DNA of 64,000 bases from Escherichia phage P896, in the sequence record OL451225.1. The stretch is one strand, 5' to 3'. Shown one piece after another: positions 18,870-27,927 of this stretch (position 1 is the stretch's first letter; every line of letters starts with the position of its first letter). The notes under the pieces are model-generated. The model was not told the DNA's origin and did not search any database. It saw nothing but the letters and a program-made list of their open reading frames with translations. The position numbers and the translations under genes are program-made.

Positions 18870-19190
18870 TTATAGCGTAATCCATTCTCGGATAGTTTGG
18901 GTTACGACACGTTCTTGGAGCTTAACCAGTTCAACAGTCGGGACCATATGGTCCCAGTCGGTATGATAAGAGCCGGTACGAGTTTCGTTTACAGCCACAT
19001 GCACATTATGTTTTTTGCTGAAATAAATTGCCTGGCGATATTGGTATTTGCCGGTTTGTGTCCATTCGCCTAATTCAACCGGAACCAGGTAGTCCGAAAA
19101 TTCAAACTCGTATGATTCAGTAAACGCATCATGGTCTTCAATGATTTCGCTTAAAACAGCATCAACATCTAATTCATTTTCAATAGTCAT
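18870..19190 (-). CDS. hypothetical protein, 106 aa
   Basis: ORF track; ATG start. Confidence 0.5.
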   Translation of the reverse strand: MTIENELDVDAVLSEIIEDHDAFTESYEFEFSDYLVPVELGEWTQTGKYQYRQAIYFSKKHNVHVAVNETRTGSYHTDWDHMVPTVELVKLQERVVTQTIREWITL

Positions 19191-19495
19191 TGGTCACTCC
19201 AATAGCTTGATACTTCAAAATCAGGCTCGCCGTTTTCCCAGTACCAAGGACCAACCGGATGCCAATCGCCATGCTTATCTTCTTCATATTCTTCAGATTC
19301 AAGCCCAACGTATTGCCATTGGACTTCATAAGCAGTGCCGCCGATTACAACAGTGTTCTCACCATACGGGTGAGCCACAGCAAAGTCAATACCTTCTGCT
19401 TTAGCCAACCAAACCATATATTCGTATAGTTTATATTCCAGGTCATCTTCGGTACCATCACCTAGAAAAATGGTTTGTTCGTTTAATTCAATCAT
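19187..19495 (-). CDS. hypothetical acidic protein, 102 aa
   Basis: ORF track; ATG start. Confidence 0.5.
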   Translation of the reverse strand: MIELNEQTIFLGDGTEDDLEYKLYEYMVWLAKAEGIDFAVAHPYGENTVVIGGTAYEVQWQYVGLESEEYEEDKHGDWHPVGPWYWENGEPDFEVSSYWSDQ

Positions 19496-19680
19496 AATTC
19501 CACCATAAATTCAAATAGCTGGTCACGTACACAAGTATCAGTCCAACCCCATTCGTTGGCTTCTTCTTTTAACCAATCCGGGAGATTTGCCAATACGGTT
19601 TCTTTACTAGGCGCGGGAGTATCAAACTCTCTCGTCAACTCTCTTGCGCAGGTTTTATAGGCCATATCAAATTCAGTCAT
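19492..19680 (-). CDS. hypothetical protein, 62 aa
   Basis: ORF track; ATG start. Confidence 0.45.
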   Translation of the reverse strand: MTEFDMAYKTCARELTREFDTPAPSKETVLANLPDWLKEEANEWGWTDTCVRDQLFEFMVEL

Positions 19681-19838
19681 TTAAAGTTCCAGAATGAAGC
19701 ACCAACCAGAAATAAAGGCCAACAAATCATAGACGTCAGCCACCAACAAAAGTCACCTGAATCATCTAATTTAGCTAGGGTCTTAGCATAACCAATACCG
19801 ATGATAAGATACAAAACAACCAACATTAATTCAATCAT
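19677..19838 (-). CDS. small membrane peptide, 53 aa
   Basis: Below ORF-track cutoff; both ends overlap neighbours by ATGA (coupled between nrdC and the next gene). Confidence 0.4.
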   Translation of the reverse strand: MIELMLVVLYLIIGIGYAKTLAKLDDSGDFCWWLTSMICWPLFLVGASFWNFK

Positions 19839-20098
19839 TTGAAATACGCTCGCAGTTGGTCAAAGCCACCAATATGACTTCCATCAGGGGCAAATACCTG
19901 TGGCAAGGTCAAACCAATTTGAGATTCACGACCAAGTGCCGCCAGGAGTTGAGCAATCTTCTCATCATCAAACACACCTTTTTCTGGCATAACGTTGATG
20001 AACTCGTAAGGTTGTTTTTTAACATCCAAAAAACGTTTTGCATTATCGCAGAATACACAGCGATGAATAGATGAATCATAACCATATACTTTAAACAT
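19835..20098 (-). CDS. nrdC: glutaredoxin/thioredoxin NrdC
   Basis: 87 aa; MFKVYGYDSSIHRCVFCDNAKRFL and C-terminal GLTLPQVFAPDGSHIGGFDQLRAYFK match recalled T4 NrdC closely. Confidence 0.88.
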   Translation of the reverse strand: MFKVYGYDSSIHRCVFCDNAKRFLDVKKQPYEFINVMPEKGVFDDEKIAQLLAALGRESQIGLTLPQVFAPDGSHIGGFDQLRAYFK

Positions 20099-20099
20099 A

Positions 20100-20342
20100 T
20101 TATTCCTTAATTCCTAATACTTGTTTGAAGGTCTCAGTATAATCGGGGTATTGACCGGTTTGTTCTTTATGTTTGACCATAATACCATAAACTTCTGAAC
20201 GCATATTATTATATGAACGAGTTAAAGCAGATTTCAATACTGAATAACTATCCGGAAGTTTACCGTGTTCTTTATAATAGGCCAGAGTTAATTCACGGAC
20301 CGCCTTATCAGCAGTCTCAAGATATTCTTTACGCTTTGCCAT
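20100..20342 (-). CDS. hypothetical protein, 80 aa
   Basis: ORF 20100..20357 begins on TTG; trimmed to ATG at 20342. Confidence 0.45.
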   Translation of the reverse strand: MAKRKEYLETADKAVRELTLAYYKEHGKLPDSYSVLKSALTRSYNNMRSEVYGIMVKHKEQTGQYPDYTETFKQVLGIKE

Positions 20343-20622
20343 TTTCTTCTCGCTCAAATTTGTGTTTGCAATGTCTGCATTTATAACGAAGATTACTAGT
20401 CTGCCAATGGACTAACTGGACCTGTTCAGTTCCACATTCTGGACAGTTTGGAACGCTCTTAGAAGCACGTTCCCGGCGGCGAACCATAGCCATTACCATA
20501 TCCCAATCAGGAACCTGACTATAATCATCAGTCCAGTTTATAAGACCTTTATTAACCCCCGCTGCGGGGGTCCATTCTGGAAATGCAGTTTCTGCAATAT
20601 CTTCAGCTAAACGTTGTTTCAT
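20329..20622 (-). CDS. small zinc-ribbon protein (CPxCG...RYKCxHCxHKF)
   Basis: 97 aa with two Cys pairs resembling the Zn-ribbon of IS1595/InsA-type transposase N-termini; no transposase catalytic domain follows. Confidence 0.5.
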   Translation of the reverse strand: MKQRLAEDIAETAFPEWTPAAGVNKGLINWTDDYSQVPDWDMVMAMVRRRERASKSVPNCPECGTEQVQLVHWQTSNLRYKCRHCKHKFEREENGKA

Positions 20623-21608
20623 TTCAGCAGCTCCAGAGCTTGTTCCAGTTTATCCAGACGATTGGTTGATTCTTCCCAAAGTCGCTTGGCTTTAGTATAG
20701 TCTTCAGTTGCCTTTTTATTAACAGCAAGAGCTTTATTATACGCCATTTCCAGAGCAATAATTTCAGGCGCTTTTTGTTTCACTGGCTCATTGTTCAGAT
20801 TATCAATCAGGTCTTCAAGGGTGGTTTCTTGTGGTGCATTCATAATTTCCTCACTTTTCTTTTTATGGATTTCTGTAACAGTTGGTTGCTTTGCACATTT
20901 AACTTCGCGTAATGTCACCACAATTTTCCAACCTTTCCAACCATGAGTACTGGTGATAGGGTCTACTTTAATTTTTTCAACAGTGCGCATATAGTTAAGG
21001 GCACACACCAGCTGATGAGTAAGCGTACAGGCAACATCAAGATACTTTTTGACATTTTCTGGAGTAGCCACCGGCGTAAAGAACTCATGCTTAACTGTAA
21101 TAATTACCTGGTTTTCACCAGACTCTTTAACCTTTATCATGTGCTCAGCCAAATGGGAGATAGTGCGAAAATCACCGCCCATCAATTTTGTCGCTGATTT
21201 TATGATAGACATTTTATTATCTCTGAATTCACGAGCCCAGCAATGTGCGAATTCAGAAACAGTATAGCCTTGTTTATCAAGGTAGTATTTTTCAACATCG
21301 CCAAACCAATGATACCCAATTGTACCTTTACCGCGGTTGGATTCAACACCAAACTTATGAAGAAGGTCTTTATTAACCAGGTACGCCAGGACTCTGGAAC
21401 CTTTAAAAGTTTTCTTGATATCATCATTACCGGCACGACTCGCAATAGTTGCAATGTCTTTCTTGAAGCGACCAGATGCAACAATCGTCGAATCAATCTG
21501 ATTTAACCAATAATTGATAATTAAAAGGATAGCCGATTCGCCTGTCAATGGTTTTACTTTTGTGTCGATAGTTGCGTTAAAGGCCTGGATATATTCGTTA
21601 CGTGTCAT
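20619..21608 (-). CDS. hypothetical protein, 329 aa
   Basis: ORF track; ATG start; translationally coupled to the zinc-ribbon gene; no recognisable motif. Confidence 0.6.
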   Translation of the reverse strand: MTRNEYIQAFNATIDTKVKPLTGESAILLIINYWLNQIDSTIVASGRFKKDIATIASRAGNDDIKKTFKGSRVLAYLVNKDLLHKFGVESNRGKGTIGYHWFGDVEKYYLDKQGYTVSEFAHCWAREFRDNKMSIIKSATKLMGGDFRTISHLAEHMIKVKESGENQVIITVKHEFFTPVATPENVKKYLDVACTLTHQLVCALNYMRTVEKIKVDPITSTHGWKGWKIVVTLREVKCAKQPTVTEIHKKKSEEIMNAPQETTLEDLIDNLNNEPVKQKAPEIIALEMAYNKALAVNKKATEDYTKAKRLWEESTNRLDKLEQALELLK

Positions 21609-21629
21609 AGTGTTCTCCTCATAAAGTAG

Positions 21630-21670
21630 GAATTCATTATACTCCCTCCATCCTTGGAAGTAAACATTAT
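21630..21670 (-). promoter_or_regulatory. early promoter (-35 GTTTAC, 18-bp spacer, -10 TATAAT)
   Basis: Hexamers read on the minus strand just upstream of the 329-aa gene. Confidence 0.55.
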
Positions 21671-22572
21671 TTTAATGCTAAAATCGCCGCCTGCAATTTA
21701 TTGCGTTGTGTTTCCATGTTCTTGATGCGATTCAGAACATCCTGGATACCCTTTTTCTCATCTTCAATCAGACCATTTAAGCGGTTGACTGATTCCTGGA
21801 TAGCATCAGCATGATGTTTCTCAATAGGCTTCATTGATGGGTTAAAGATTCCAAGAGAGCTAGCCGGTTTGACTTTCCATTGGTACATATTTTTAACGTC
21901 CAGCGGTGAAATAGGCTGTGTTTTATATTGACCTGCAAATGCTGGACCATATGATGCGGATGATGCGATAGGGGTACGTTCTGTCATTTCTGGTTCCTTT
22001 TTCTCCTGATAAGGAGCGTAAGACAAAAGATATTCTTTAGTCAATTTAATATCAATGGTTATAGTTTTAAGGAATTTTTCCGTTTGGTGGATATAATTTG
22101 TATCTTCTTCAAACGTGTATGCTTCAACAGCATGGCGCATATAAAACAGCGCAATACCCATAACCTCTTTAAAGGTATCACAAAGAGCAACATCACCCTT
22201 GGTGGTTGGCTTGAACTTAATCTGCACACCATCATTCTTGATATTGATAATCAAGTTACTGGAGGTAAAATTATAGTTCTTGATGTTAACTGGAGCTTTA
22301 CGAATACGAAGTCCAGCTGCCAGGATTTCCTTGATACTCTTACGAACTGTGACACCAAACAAAAACGCAGGGCGGCGGCAGTAATCATTCAGAGAGTTAA
22401 TTCTTACAATACGTTGACCATACCCCTGGGTGGCAGAACCAGATTTGATTTTGCCAAAGTTAACCAGAGAATTCATCGCAATAAGACGGGTTGCACGTCC
22501 TTCACGCTGTTCAAATCGAGAATATTCTTTACGTGTTTTAATGTTCATATCAGAGTCCAAATAATTTTTCAT
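21667..22572 (-). CDS. hypothetical protein, about 300 aa
   Basis: ORF track; start uncertain (ATG at 22572 or 22548, neither with a strong RBS). Confidence 0.55.
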   Translation of the reverse strand: MKNYLDSDMNIKTRKEYSRFEQREGRATRLIAMNSLVNFGKIKSGSATQGYGQRIVRINSLNDYCRRPAFLFGVTVRKSIKEILAAGLRIRKAPVNIKNYNFTSSNLIINIKNDGVQIKFKPTTKGDVALCDTFKEVMGIALFYMRHAVEAYTFEEDTNYIHQTEKFLKTITIDIKLTKEYLLSYAPYQEKKEPEMTERTPIASSASYGPAFAGQYKTQPISPLDVKNMYQWKVKPASSLGIFNPSMKPIEKHHADAIQESVNRLNGLIEDEKKGIQDVLNRIKNMETQRNKLQAAILALK

Positions 22573-22765
22573 AGAGTTTAGCGATAGGCCACAGAATTAG
22601 CATACATAACCAGGCAAAGCAAAATACTGGCCATACAAATGTAATGAATACCGCATCATAGCTTGATTCAATTTTAACCGGGTTCCATGCGCCTGTTTTA
22701 TGCGCAATCAAAGCAGTAATAAATCCTATCACAAGATAAGCAAGAATAAAACCAATAATTTCCAT
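22550..22765 (-). CDS. small membrane protein, 71 aa
   Basis: ORF track; ATG start; two hydrophobic helices. Confidence 0.45.
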   Translation of the reverse strand: MEIIGFILAYLVIGFITALIAHKTGAWNPVKIESSYDAVFITFVWPVFCFAWLCMLILWPIAKLYEKLFGL

Positions 22766-22767
22766 AA

Positions 22768-23613
22768 TTAATCCTTAAGAAGATTTAGGATATCGATATA
22801 TTTCTGACGTTCAGCCTTGGCTTTAGCATTCAGACCGGAGAGTCGGAAAATCTCATCATCTTGTTGTTGAATTGTAACATTCAAGCAAGTAAGCAAATTG
22901 CTAAAATACTCAATCTGGGCTTGATGCTTCTCATTGCTTCGCACTGGAACAGGTTCCATTTTAGGAGCTTGTTCTGAAGAGTCTTCAGCCAGGTCTTTAA
23001 TTTTATAAAGTTTAATACGCTGACCTGCTCCAGTTTCGGCATCACCAAAACTAAGAACACCATGCTGTTCTAATTCAGACAAGGCCAATCGGAGATGGAA
23101 CTTCCAGTTGTCATATTGACAACCACTGTAATGGGAAATGGTATACTCATTTTCATTTCTGGGGTGGTTAACAATACTAAAGATAATCCAATCACCCGAA
23201 CCATTGGTTTTAAAGGTCATTTGTTTATCTTGACCTTTTGCAAGGCGAGCACCTAGTGCTAGTAAACGTCGTTGGTTGGCATGAAGGTCTTTAACCACTT
23301 CATCAAACGTCATGGTGTTAATCGCACGACCATAAAGGTCGTAGCCTTTGTTATATTTTTTAAGAATAATTTTGGCATTAGCACGAGACAACATACCTGT
23401 TTTACGAAGAGTTTTCATGACTCGGTCTTCTAACGTAAACGAACCTTTAGTCTTGTCAAAGATTTTAGTGAAGTCATTTTTAACAGTACAAACATTGAAC
23501 TTGTCCCACATCATATATAGAACCTTTTCAACCACTTCTTTAGAACTCGGGATACGACCAAATTTAATAACTTTTTTAACTTCAGAACGAATTTCATTAA
23601 TTGCTTGTGACAT
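22768..23613 (-). CDS. hypothetical protein, 281 aa
   Basis: ORF track; ATG with GAGGAAA RBS. Confidence 0.6.
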   Translation of the reverse strand: MSQAINEIRSEVKKVIKFGRIPSSKEVVEKVLYMMWDKFNVCTVKNDFTKIFDKTKGSFTLEDRVMKTLRKTGMLSRANAKIILKKYNKGYDLYGRAINTMTFDEVVKDLHANQRRLLALGARLAKGQDKQMTFKTNGSGDWIIFSIVNHPRNENEYTISHYSGCQYDNWKFHLRLALSELEQHGVLSFGDAETGAGQRIKLYKIKDLAEDSSEQAPKMEPVPVRSNEKHQAQIEYFSNLLTCLNVTIQQQDDEIFRLSGLNAKAKAERQKYIDILNLLKD

Positions 23614-23676
23614 AATAATTTCCTCAATAGATTAATCAAAGGTCAGAACCATTATACCATCCTTGGTATAAAGCGT

Positions 23677-24201
23677 TTATGCGAGAACCGTCTTTAAACG
23701 CTCTTCAAACTTCTGAAGGAGTACCTGGCGCTCTGCTCTTTGTTTGGTATAGGTTTCAATACGCTCTGAAGTGAGATTGTATTGTTCATTAACTGATTCC
23801 CTCATGAATTCAGGAATCTCTTTACACGCCTTGATTTCATTGAACTTATCAAGCACCGCTTGTTGTTCAGCAATCAGACCATCATAATATTGGATATCTG
23901 ATTTGATGTTTTGTACATCAGATTCAGTAGGCATATTTTTCTTCGCTCTTGTCGCTTGATATTCTGCATTAGTCTCTCTTGACCAGAACAAAGAGCGGTT
24001 TTTGTTGGTGTTTTTATACACATCAACAATACCAACTGAATCAACAGTCACAATCCAGTTCCAGGCGTTTTTATAAGTCTGACCACCTGATACTGTAATC
24101 TCACCTGCACAAGCAACATCATTAAAGAACTTGCTTTGCGCTTCTGATTTAAAATTACCATTATTGTAATTAATCAGATTAAAGATTGATTTTGCGTCCA
24201 T
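23677..24201 (-). CDS. hypothetical protein, 174 aa
   Basis: ORF track; ATG with GGAGAATAAA RBS. Confidence 0.55.
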   Translation of the reverse strand: MDAKSIFNLINYNNGNFKSEAQSKFFNDVACAGEITVSGGQTYKNAWNWIVTVDSVGIVDVYKNTNKNRSLFWSRETNAEYQATRAKKNMPTESDVQNIKSDIQYYDGLIAEQQAVLDKFNEIKACKEIPEFMRESVNEQYNLTSERIETYTKQRAERQVLLQKFEERLKTVLA

Positions 24202-24211
24202 TTTATTCTCC

Positions 24212-24268
24212 AGTATTTGGTAACTCAGTATGGGAACATTATACGTCTATCCCCATACTATGTACACA
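24212..24268 (-). promoter_or_regulatory. early promoter cassette, CAGTATGG class (inverted repeat AGTATGGG/CCCATACT around the -10)
   Basis: Repeat read directly; upstream of gene 23677..24201. Confidence 0.5.
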
Positions 24269-24269
24269 T

Positions 24270-24572
24270 TTAATTAAAAGTTCTTTCAGTATTTTCACCA
24301 CTGAACCAGACGCTCTTAACGGCTTGCTGGGCACGATGAAGCTGCTCTGCCATATAAACACCAAGGGCCTCGGCTTTACGTGTCCTGTGAGCTTCTGCGG
24401 CGACCATTTGCAGCTTATCCATCATGATAAGAGCTTTACATTTCTCCTTCAGAGCATATCGCTTCTTCTCTTCTGGAGTTTTGACCATTCCTCTTAACTT
24501 GTGCATTTTCAGCTTAAAATGGTCAGCAGATTTCAGACATGCATCAATCATGTCAAGTTCATACTTCTTCAT
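24270..24572 (-). CDS. hypothetical protein, 100 aa
   Basis: ORF track; ATG with GAGGAA RBS. Confidence 0.5.
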   Translation of the reverse strand: MKKYELDMIDACLKSADHFKLKMHKLRGMVKTPEEKKRYALKEKCKALIMMDKLQMVAAEAHRTRKAEALGVYMAEQLHRAQQAVKSVWFSGENTERTFN

Positions 24573-24578
24573 AATTCC

Positions 24579-24785
24579 TCACTTGCGACGACGTTTTGGT
24601 AATGGTTTAGGGAAGAACATTGCTTTACCTGCAGGGGTCAAAGTCACACGCAAAGCATTACCAATACCAAGGGATGCTTTAACCAGACCTTTGGCTTTTA
24701 ACTCACCAAATGCTTGACGTTGTTCAGGGTCACGAGTGTTAACCATCAGACCTTTTTCACCAGCAGCTTTGATTAATTCTAACAT
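24579..24785 (-). CDS. hypothetical basic protein, 68 aa
   Basis: ORF track; ATG with GGAGAATAAA RBS; C-terminal KRRRK tail. Confidence 0.45.
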   Translation of the reverse strand: MLELIKAAGEKGLMVNTRDPEQRQAFGELKAKGLVKASLGIGNALRVTLTPAGKAMFFPKPLPKRRRK

Positions 24786-24794
24786 TTTATTCTC

Positions 24795-24860
24795 CGTTTG
24801 TTTATTTGGTAACTCAGTATGGAATCATTATGCCTCATGACCATCTGGTTGTACATTACT
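24795..24860 (-). promoter_or_regulatory. early promoter cassette, CAGTATGG class
   Basis: Conserved TTGGTAACTCAGTATGGAATCATTATGC block on the plus strand; follows the terminator of the nucleotidyltransferase gene. Confidence 0.5.
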
Positions 24861-24892
24861 TTTTAAAATAAAAAAGGACCCCGAAGGGTCCT
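24861..24892 (-). terminator. intrinsic terminator GGACCC-UUCG-GGGUCC plus UUUUUUAUUUU
   Basis: Perfect 6-bp stem with UUCG loop and T-run on the minus strand, immediately after the stop of gene 24899..25909. Confidence 0.7.
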
Positions 24893-24898
24893 TAGAAT

Positions 24899-25909
24899 TT
24901 AACGATAATAGGAATTATGGTTGTCAAGATATACCTCTTCAACAAACTTGTCCCAGAACTTCATGTCCACCTTCGCAGGCATACCGTTCTTAGCAGCCTG
25001 AATGGCCAGGACTTCAACTTCATCGACGGTATTTTCCAACAGGCCTTGGACTACTTTAAAAGGCATATCACCAGCTTTTATTGCTTTAATAACAGAAGCA
25101 TTTTTAAGCGGATAAACCAAATCGCCGGTTTGATAGATTTCCTTCAACTGGTATCCAGCACGATAAGCATGGCTCAGAGCTTTCCAGTCAATACCTTCAT
25201 TGGCTTCTGCCTTACGAGCACGTTCACCATATTCGGCATCGAGCTTATTCAGAGATTGCTTGAGCTCGATTAAAGACAGGGTGGTTTGGTACTTACGTCC
25301 AAGAACAGTATAGAACGTTTGAGGACCTGTTTTCTCGTGGTTATGGAATACCCATTCACAGAACTCATTTTCAGGGAGTCTGTGTTTGATATCTTCTACC
25401 TTAGTGCGACGTTGCTTAGTCGAACCGTCTTCTTGATAATCGACCCACTGTTCAGGAATCTGGTTAACGATTGTCAGTACACCACGCAGTGCAGCCAATC
25501 GAGAACCTTTAACACCATATTTGGAAGCTTGCTTACGGACATACCCCAAATAGGCTTTCATGTTAGTTGTATAGAACCGCGAACGGTTATCCTGAATAAA
25601 CTTCCATACATCTGGTAAATCGGATTTGACAACCAGGTCAGCCGGTGTGTGAATCATGTCCAGGGCAACGGTTTCGCCATCGGCTGCCAGTTTAAAGAAA
25701 TATTTCAGACTATAAAGTTCATGGTCAACATCATCTTTTGTATTTTTGGTAGCCGTGTTATTCGTGTTCAGGTTTGTATGGTTCATCGCGGTTCCGAGCA
25801 GGATATCTCGCGGATGAGGAACGAAGATTTCTTTAAAATCAACATCAGATTCCGGAGTACTTGTTCCATAAAGGTGGGAGCCAAAATATCCCTTCATAAC
25901 AGTTCTCAT
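24899..25909 (-). CDS. Pol-beta-superfamily nucleotidyltransferase, 336 aa
   Basis: N-terminal GS-x10-DVD (YFGSHLYGTSTPESDVDF), the minimal nucleotidyltransferase motif; ATG with GAGGA RBS. Confidence 0.6.
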   Translation of the reverse strand: MRTVMKGYFGSHLYGTSTPESDVDFKEIFVPHPRDILLGTAMNHTNLNTNNTATKNTKDDVDHELYSLKYFFKLAADGETVALDMIHTPADLVVKSDLPDVWKFIQDNRSRFYTTNMKAYLGYVRKQASKYGVKGSRLAALRGVLTIVNQIPEQWVDYQEDGSTKQRRTKVEDIKHRLPENEFCEWVFHNHEKTGPQTFYTVLGRKYQTTLSLIELKQSLNKLDAEYGERARKAEANEGIDWKALSHAYRAGYQLKEIYQTGDLVYPLKNASVIKAIKAGDMPFKVVQGLLENTVDEVEVLAIQAAKNGMPAKVDMKFWDKFVEEVYLDNHNSYYR

Positions 25910-26358
25910 TTTTTGTCCTCGAAGTGGATTACCGGACAGACCTTAGATTTACGAGCTTTAATGTACTGGATAACAATGTTTTCTTTAATTTCCTTTCCTT
26001 CACGTTTAGCTTTAATTAGTTGCCATTCCTTTTCTTCTTTACGTAAATCATACCAGGCCCATAAACTCATTATACAATACACAATACCAACGGCTACCGC
26101 TAGAATAAGGGCCAGTGTAACCAGTCCTAAAATAAAACCTAAACTTAAACCAACAGGAGTACTCAATACAAAGAAATGCTCTAATACACCAGCACCTGCA
26201 ACAGTTAAGCCGAAAATAGTACTACCTGCAAGCACAGAACACATAAAGCACGCCCAAACCATTTTCCAGAAGTATGCGCATAATGAGCGCGGACGCGAAT
26301 AACTGGCATAAAAACGGTCGTGTAGTTTAACGTGCCAAGAGTTTGTATTGATAATCAT
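25906..26358 (-). CDS. membrane protein, 150 aa, coupled to the nucleotidyltransferase gene
   Basis: Two to three hydrophobic helices then a charged C-terminal tail; stop overlaps the nucleotidyltransferase start by 4 nt; AAGGAAAA RBS. Confidence 0.55.
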   Translation of the reverse strand: MIINTNSWHVKLHDRFYASYSRPRSLCAYFWKMVWACFMCSVLAGSTIFGLTVAGAGVLEHFFVLSTPVGLSLGFILGLVTLALILAVAVGIVYCIMSLWAWYDLRKEEKEWQLIKAKREGKEIKENIVIQYIKARKSKVCPVIHFEDKK

Positions 26359-26368
26359 AATATTTTCC

Positions 26369-26929
26369 TTAAGAGTTCATAGTTGGGATAACAGAGTTCA
26401 GATAAGAGACTAAAACTTTTAGCTCGTCTTTAGTAAATACAACTTCACTTTCACCGTCATGTCTTTGGACAATGGACAACAAGTCACGGCCGTTATGTTG
26501 ATGCACAGTCAGTTCAGTATTATAATCTAATTCCTCTTCATCGCCTTCAAACGTTTCGCTAGAGCGAATCAGTGCGTCTTGACCAGGGACTTTCCATTCA
26601 ACTTCTGGCTTGCATTCTTCCTGGAACAGTTTGAAAATACAATCAAAGAATTTATCAGAATCGCTGATGCTCAGACATTCAATACCATTTTCTAAATTAA
26701 ACCCGTTTTCGTTTTTATAGATATAGGCATACATATCATCATTGATATCAACAGGAGCACTAGCACGACCATTAAGATAATCGTGTCTATCCAAAACCAT
26801 TAAATCATAAAGCGGTTTAATATCAGCGATAGTCAGTACGATTTTATCGTCTTCTTGACAAAGCTCAATTGCGTTATTAACTACTTCAGCGGTCAGTTCG
26901 CCAAACAATTCAGTTGTTTCAATAATCAT
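26369..26929 (-). CDS. hypothetical acidic protein, 186 aa
   Basis: ORF track; ATG start. Confidence 0.55.
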   Translation of the reverse strand: MIIETTELFGELTAEVVNNAIELCQEDDKIVLTIADIKPLYDLMVLDRHDYLNGRASAPVDINDDMYAYIYKNENGFNLENGIECLSISDSDKFFDCIFKLFQEECKPEVEWKVPGQDALIRSSETFEGDEEELDYNTELTVHQHNGRDLLSIVQRHDGESEVVFTKDELKVLVSYLNSVIPTMNS

Positions 26930-26939
26930 TTTCTGTTCC

Positions 26940-27155
26940 TCAACGGTTATGTTTTAAAATACTATAAAGAGCTTCTACTTGGCTTGCATCCAGGTAAATA
27001 ACATCATCATCTTGCTCAATGGAAATCCCACCAGTATTACCTTTAACAAAATTACATTCGCACACTTCAACTGGACGGTATACGTCACCAACTGGATGCT
27101 CAGGCTCCAGAACAATCACACCATTTTCAGAATTACCACTTGGGTCATATAACAT
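26940..27155 (-). CDS. hypothetical protein, 71 aa
   Basis: ORF 26940..27230 begins on TTG; trimmed to ATG at 27155 with GAGGAAA RBS. Confidence 0.4.
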   Translation of the reverse strand: MLYDPSGNSENGVIVLEPEHPVGDVYRPVEVCECNFVKGNTGGISIEQDDDVIYLDASQVEALYSILKHNR

Positions 27156-27246
27156 TACAGTTTCCTCGCTAACCATGAAAAGAATAAACCAATTAAAACA
27201 GGCCCTACAGCCATTGTTAACCAAGCCCAAGGTTCAAGATAGTAAA

Positions 27247-27504
27247 TCATCTCATGCTCCTATGCCAACAGTTTCTTGGCTCACGTTTAAAAATTTCATC
27301 ATGCATTGATTGACAACCAACACAATATATCACGCCTTTAATCGCTTGTCTCCGCGCTTCAGGAATTTTTTCGTCGCAGTCAAAACAGAATTCAGCAGAC
27401 TCCCTTTCAACTGCAACTTGTGCTCTCGCATGGGTGATAGCGGCCTGTACAACCGCTTCCATCTCTAACTGTTCAGCACCATCTTTTGCAAATCCAACAG
27501 CCAT
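27247..27504 (-). CDS. TraR/DksA-family C4 zinc-finger protein, 85 aa
   Basis: CFDCDEKIPEARRQAIKGVIYCVGCQ matches the TraR/DksA C4 signature (C-x2-C-x3-IPxxR-x9-C-x2-C). Confidence 0.6.
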   Translation of the reverse strand: MAVGFAKDGAEQLEMEAVVQAAITHARAQVAVERESAEFCFDCDEKIPEARRQAIKGVIYCVGCQSMHDEIFKREPRNCWHRSMR

Positions 27505-27686
27505 TATTCTTTCAACCCATTCAGATAAGCAATTAATTCTTCTTTAGAGCTCTTTAAATCGCGCTCACATACTTCTACCCCAGAATATGAATAACCTTCG
27601 CAATGTTCAACAGCTAGTTCATAAGAGTTGATTTCAACATCACGAGCAAGTTTAAGGATTTTTTCAATCTGTTCAATAGTTAACAT
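27504..27686 (-). CDS. hypothetical protein, 60 aa
   Basis: ORF track; ATG start. Confidence 0.4.
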   Translation of the reverse strand: MLTIEQIEKILKLARDVEINSYELAVEHCEGYSYSGVEVCERDLKSSKEELIAYLNGLKE

Positions 27687-27690
27687 AATG

Positions 27691-27927
27691 TCACCAGTAT
27701 TTGTTAATGTTAGAAATCAATTCTTGGACTTGTGTGTTTTTCAGCTTGCACCCGCAACTTTTTAATGTTTCTTTAAAAAGCTCAACATCTTTAAGTTGTT
27801 CCTTTTCTAGGCGGATTCTATATCCTCTGTAATCAGCAAATATGCTTCTGTCATCAAATATCTTAATTTCAAGAATATGATTATTGGTTTCATATTCCAA
27901 TGAAACCATGGTATTTGTAAGTTTCAT
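27691..27927 (-). CDS. hypothetical protein, 78 aa
   Basis: ORF track; ATG start. Confidence 0.45.
   Translation of the reverse strand: MKLTNTMVSLEYETNNHILEIKIFDDRSIFADYRGYRIRLEKEQLKDVELFKETLKSCGCKLKNTQVQELISNINKYW

Noticed and set aside
20329-20622. Zinc-ribbon ORF as an insertion-sequence transposase
   Set aside because: Only the Zn-ribbon is present; no transposase catalytic domain and no terminal inverted repeats flank it.
25649-26302. 217-aa plus-strand ORF spanning the nucleotidyltransferase and membrane-protein genes
   Set aside because: Antisense to two coupled minus-strand genes with good RBSs; no promoter or RBS of its own.
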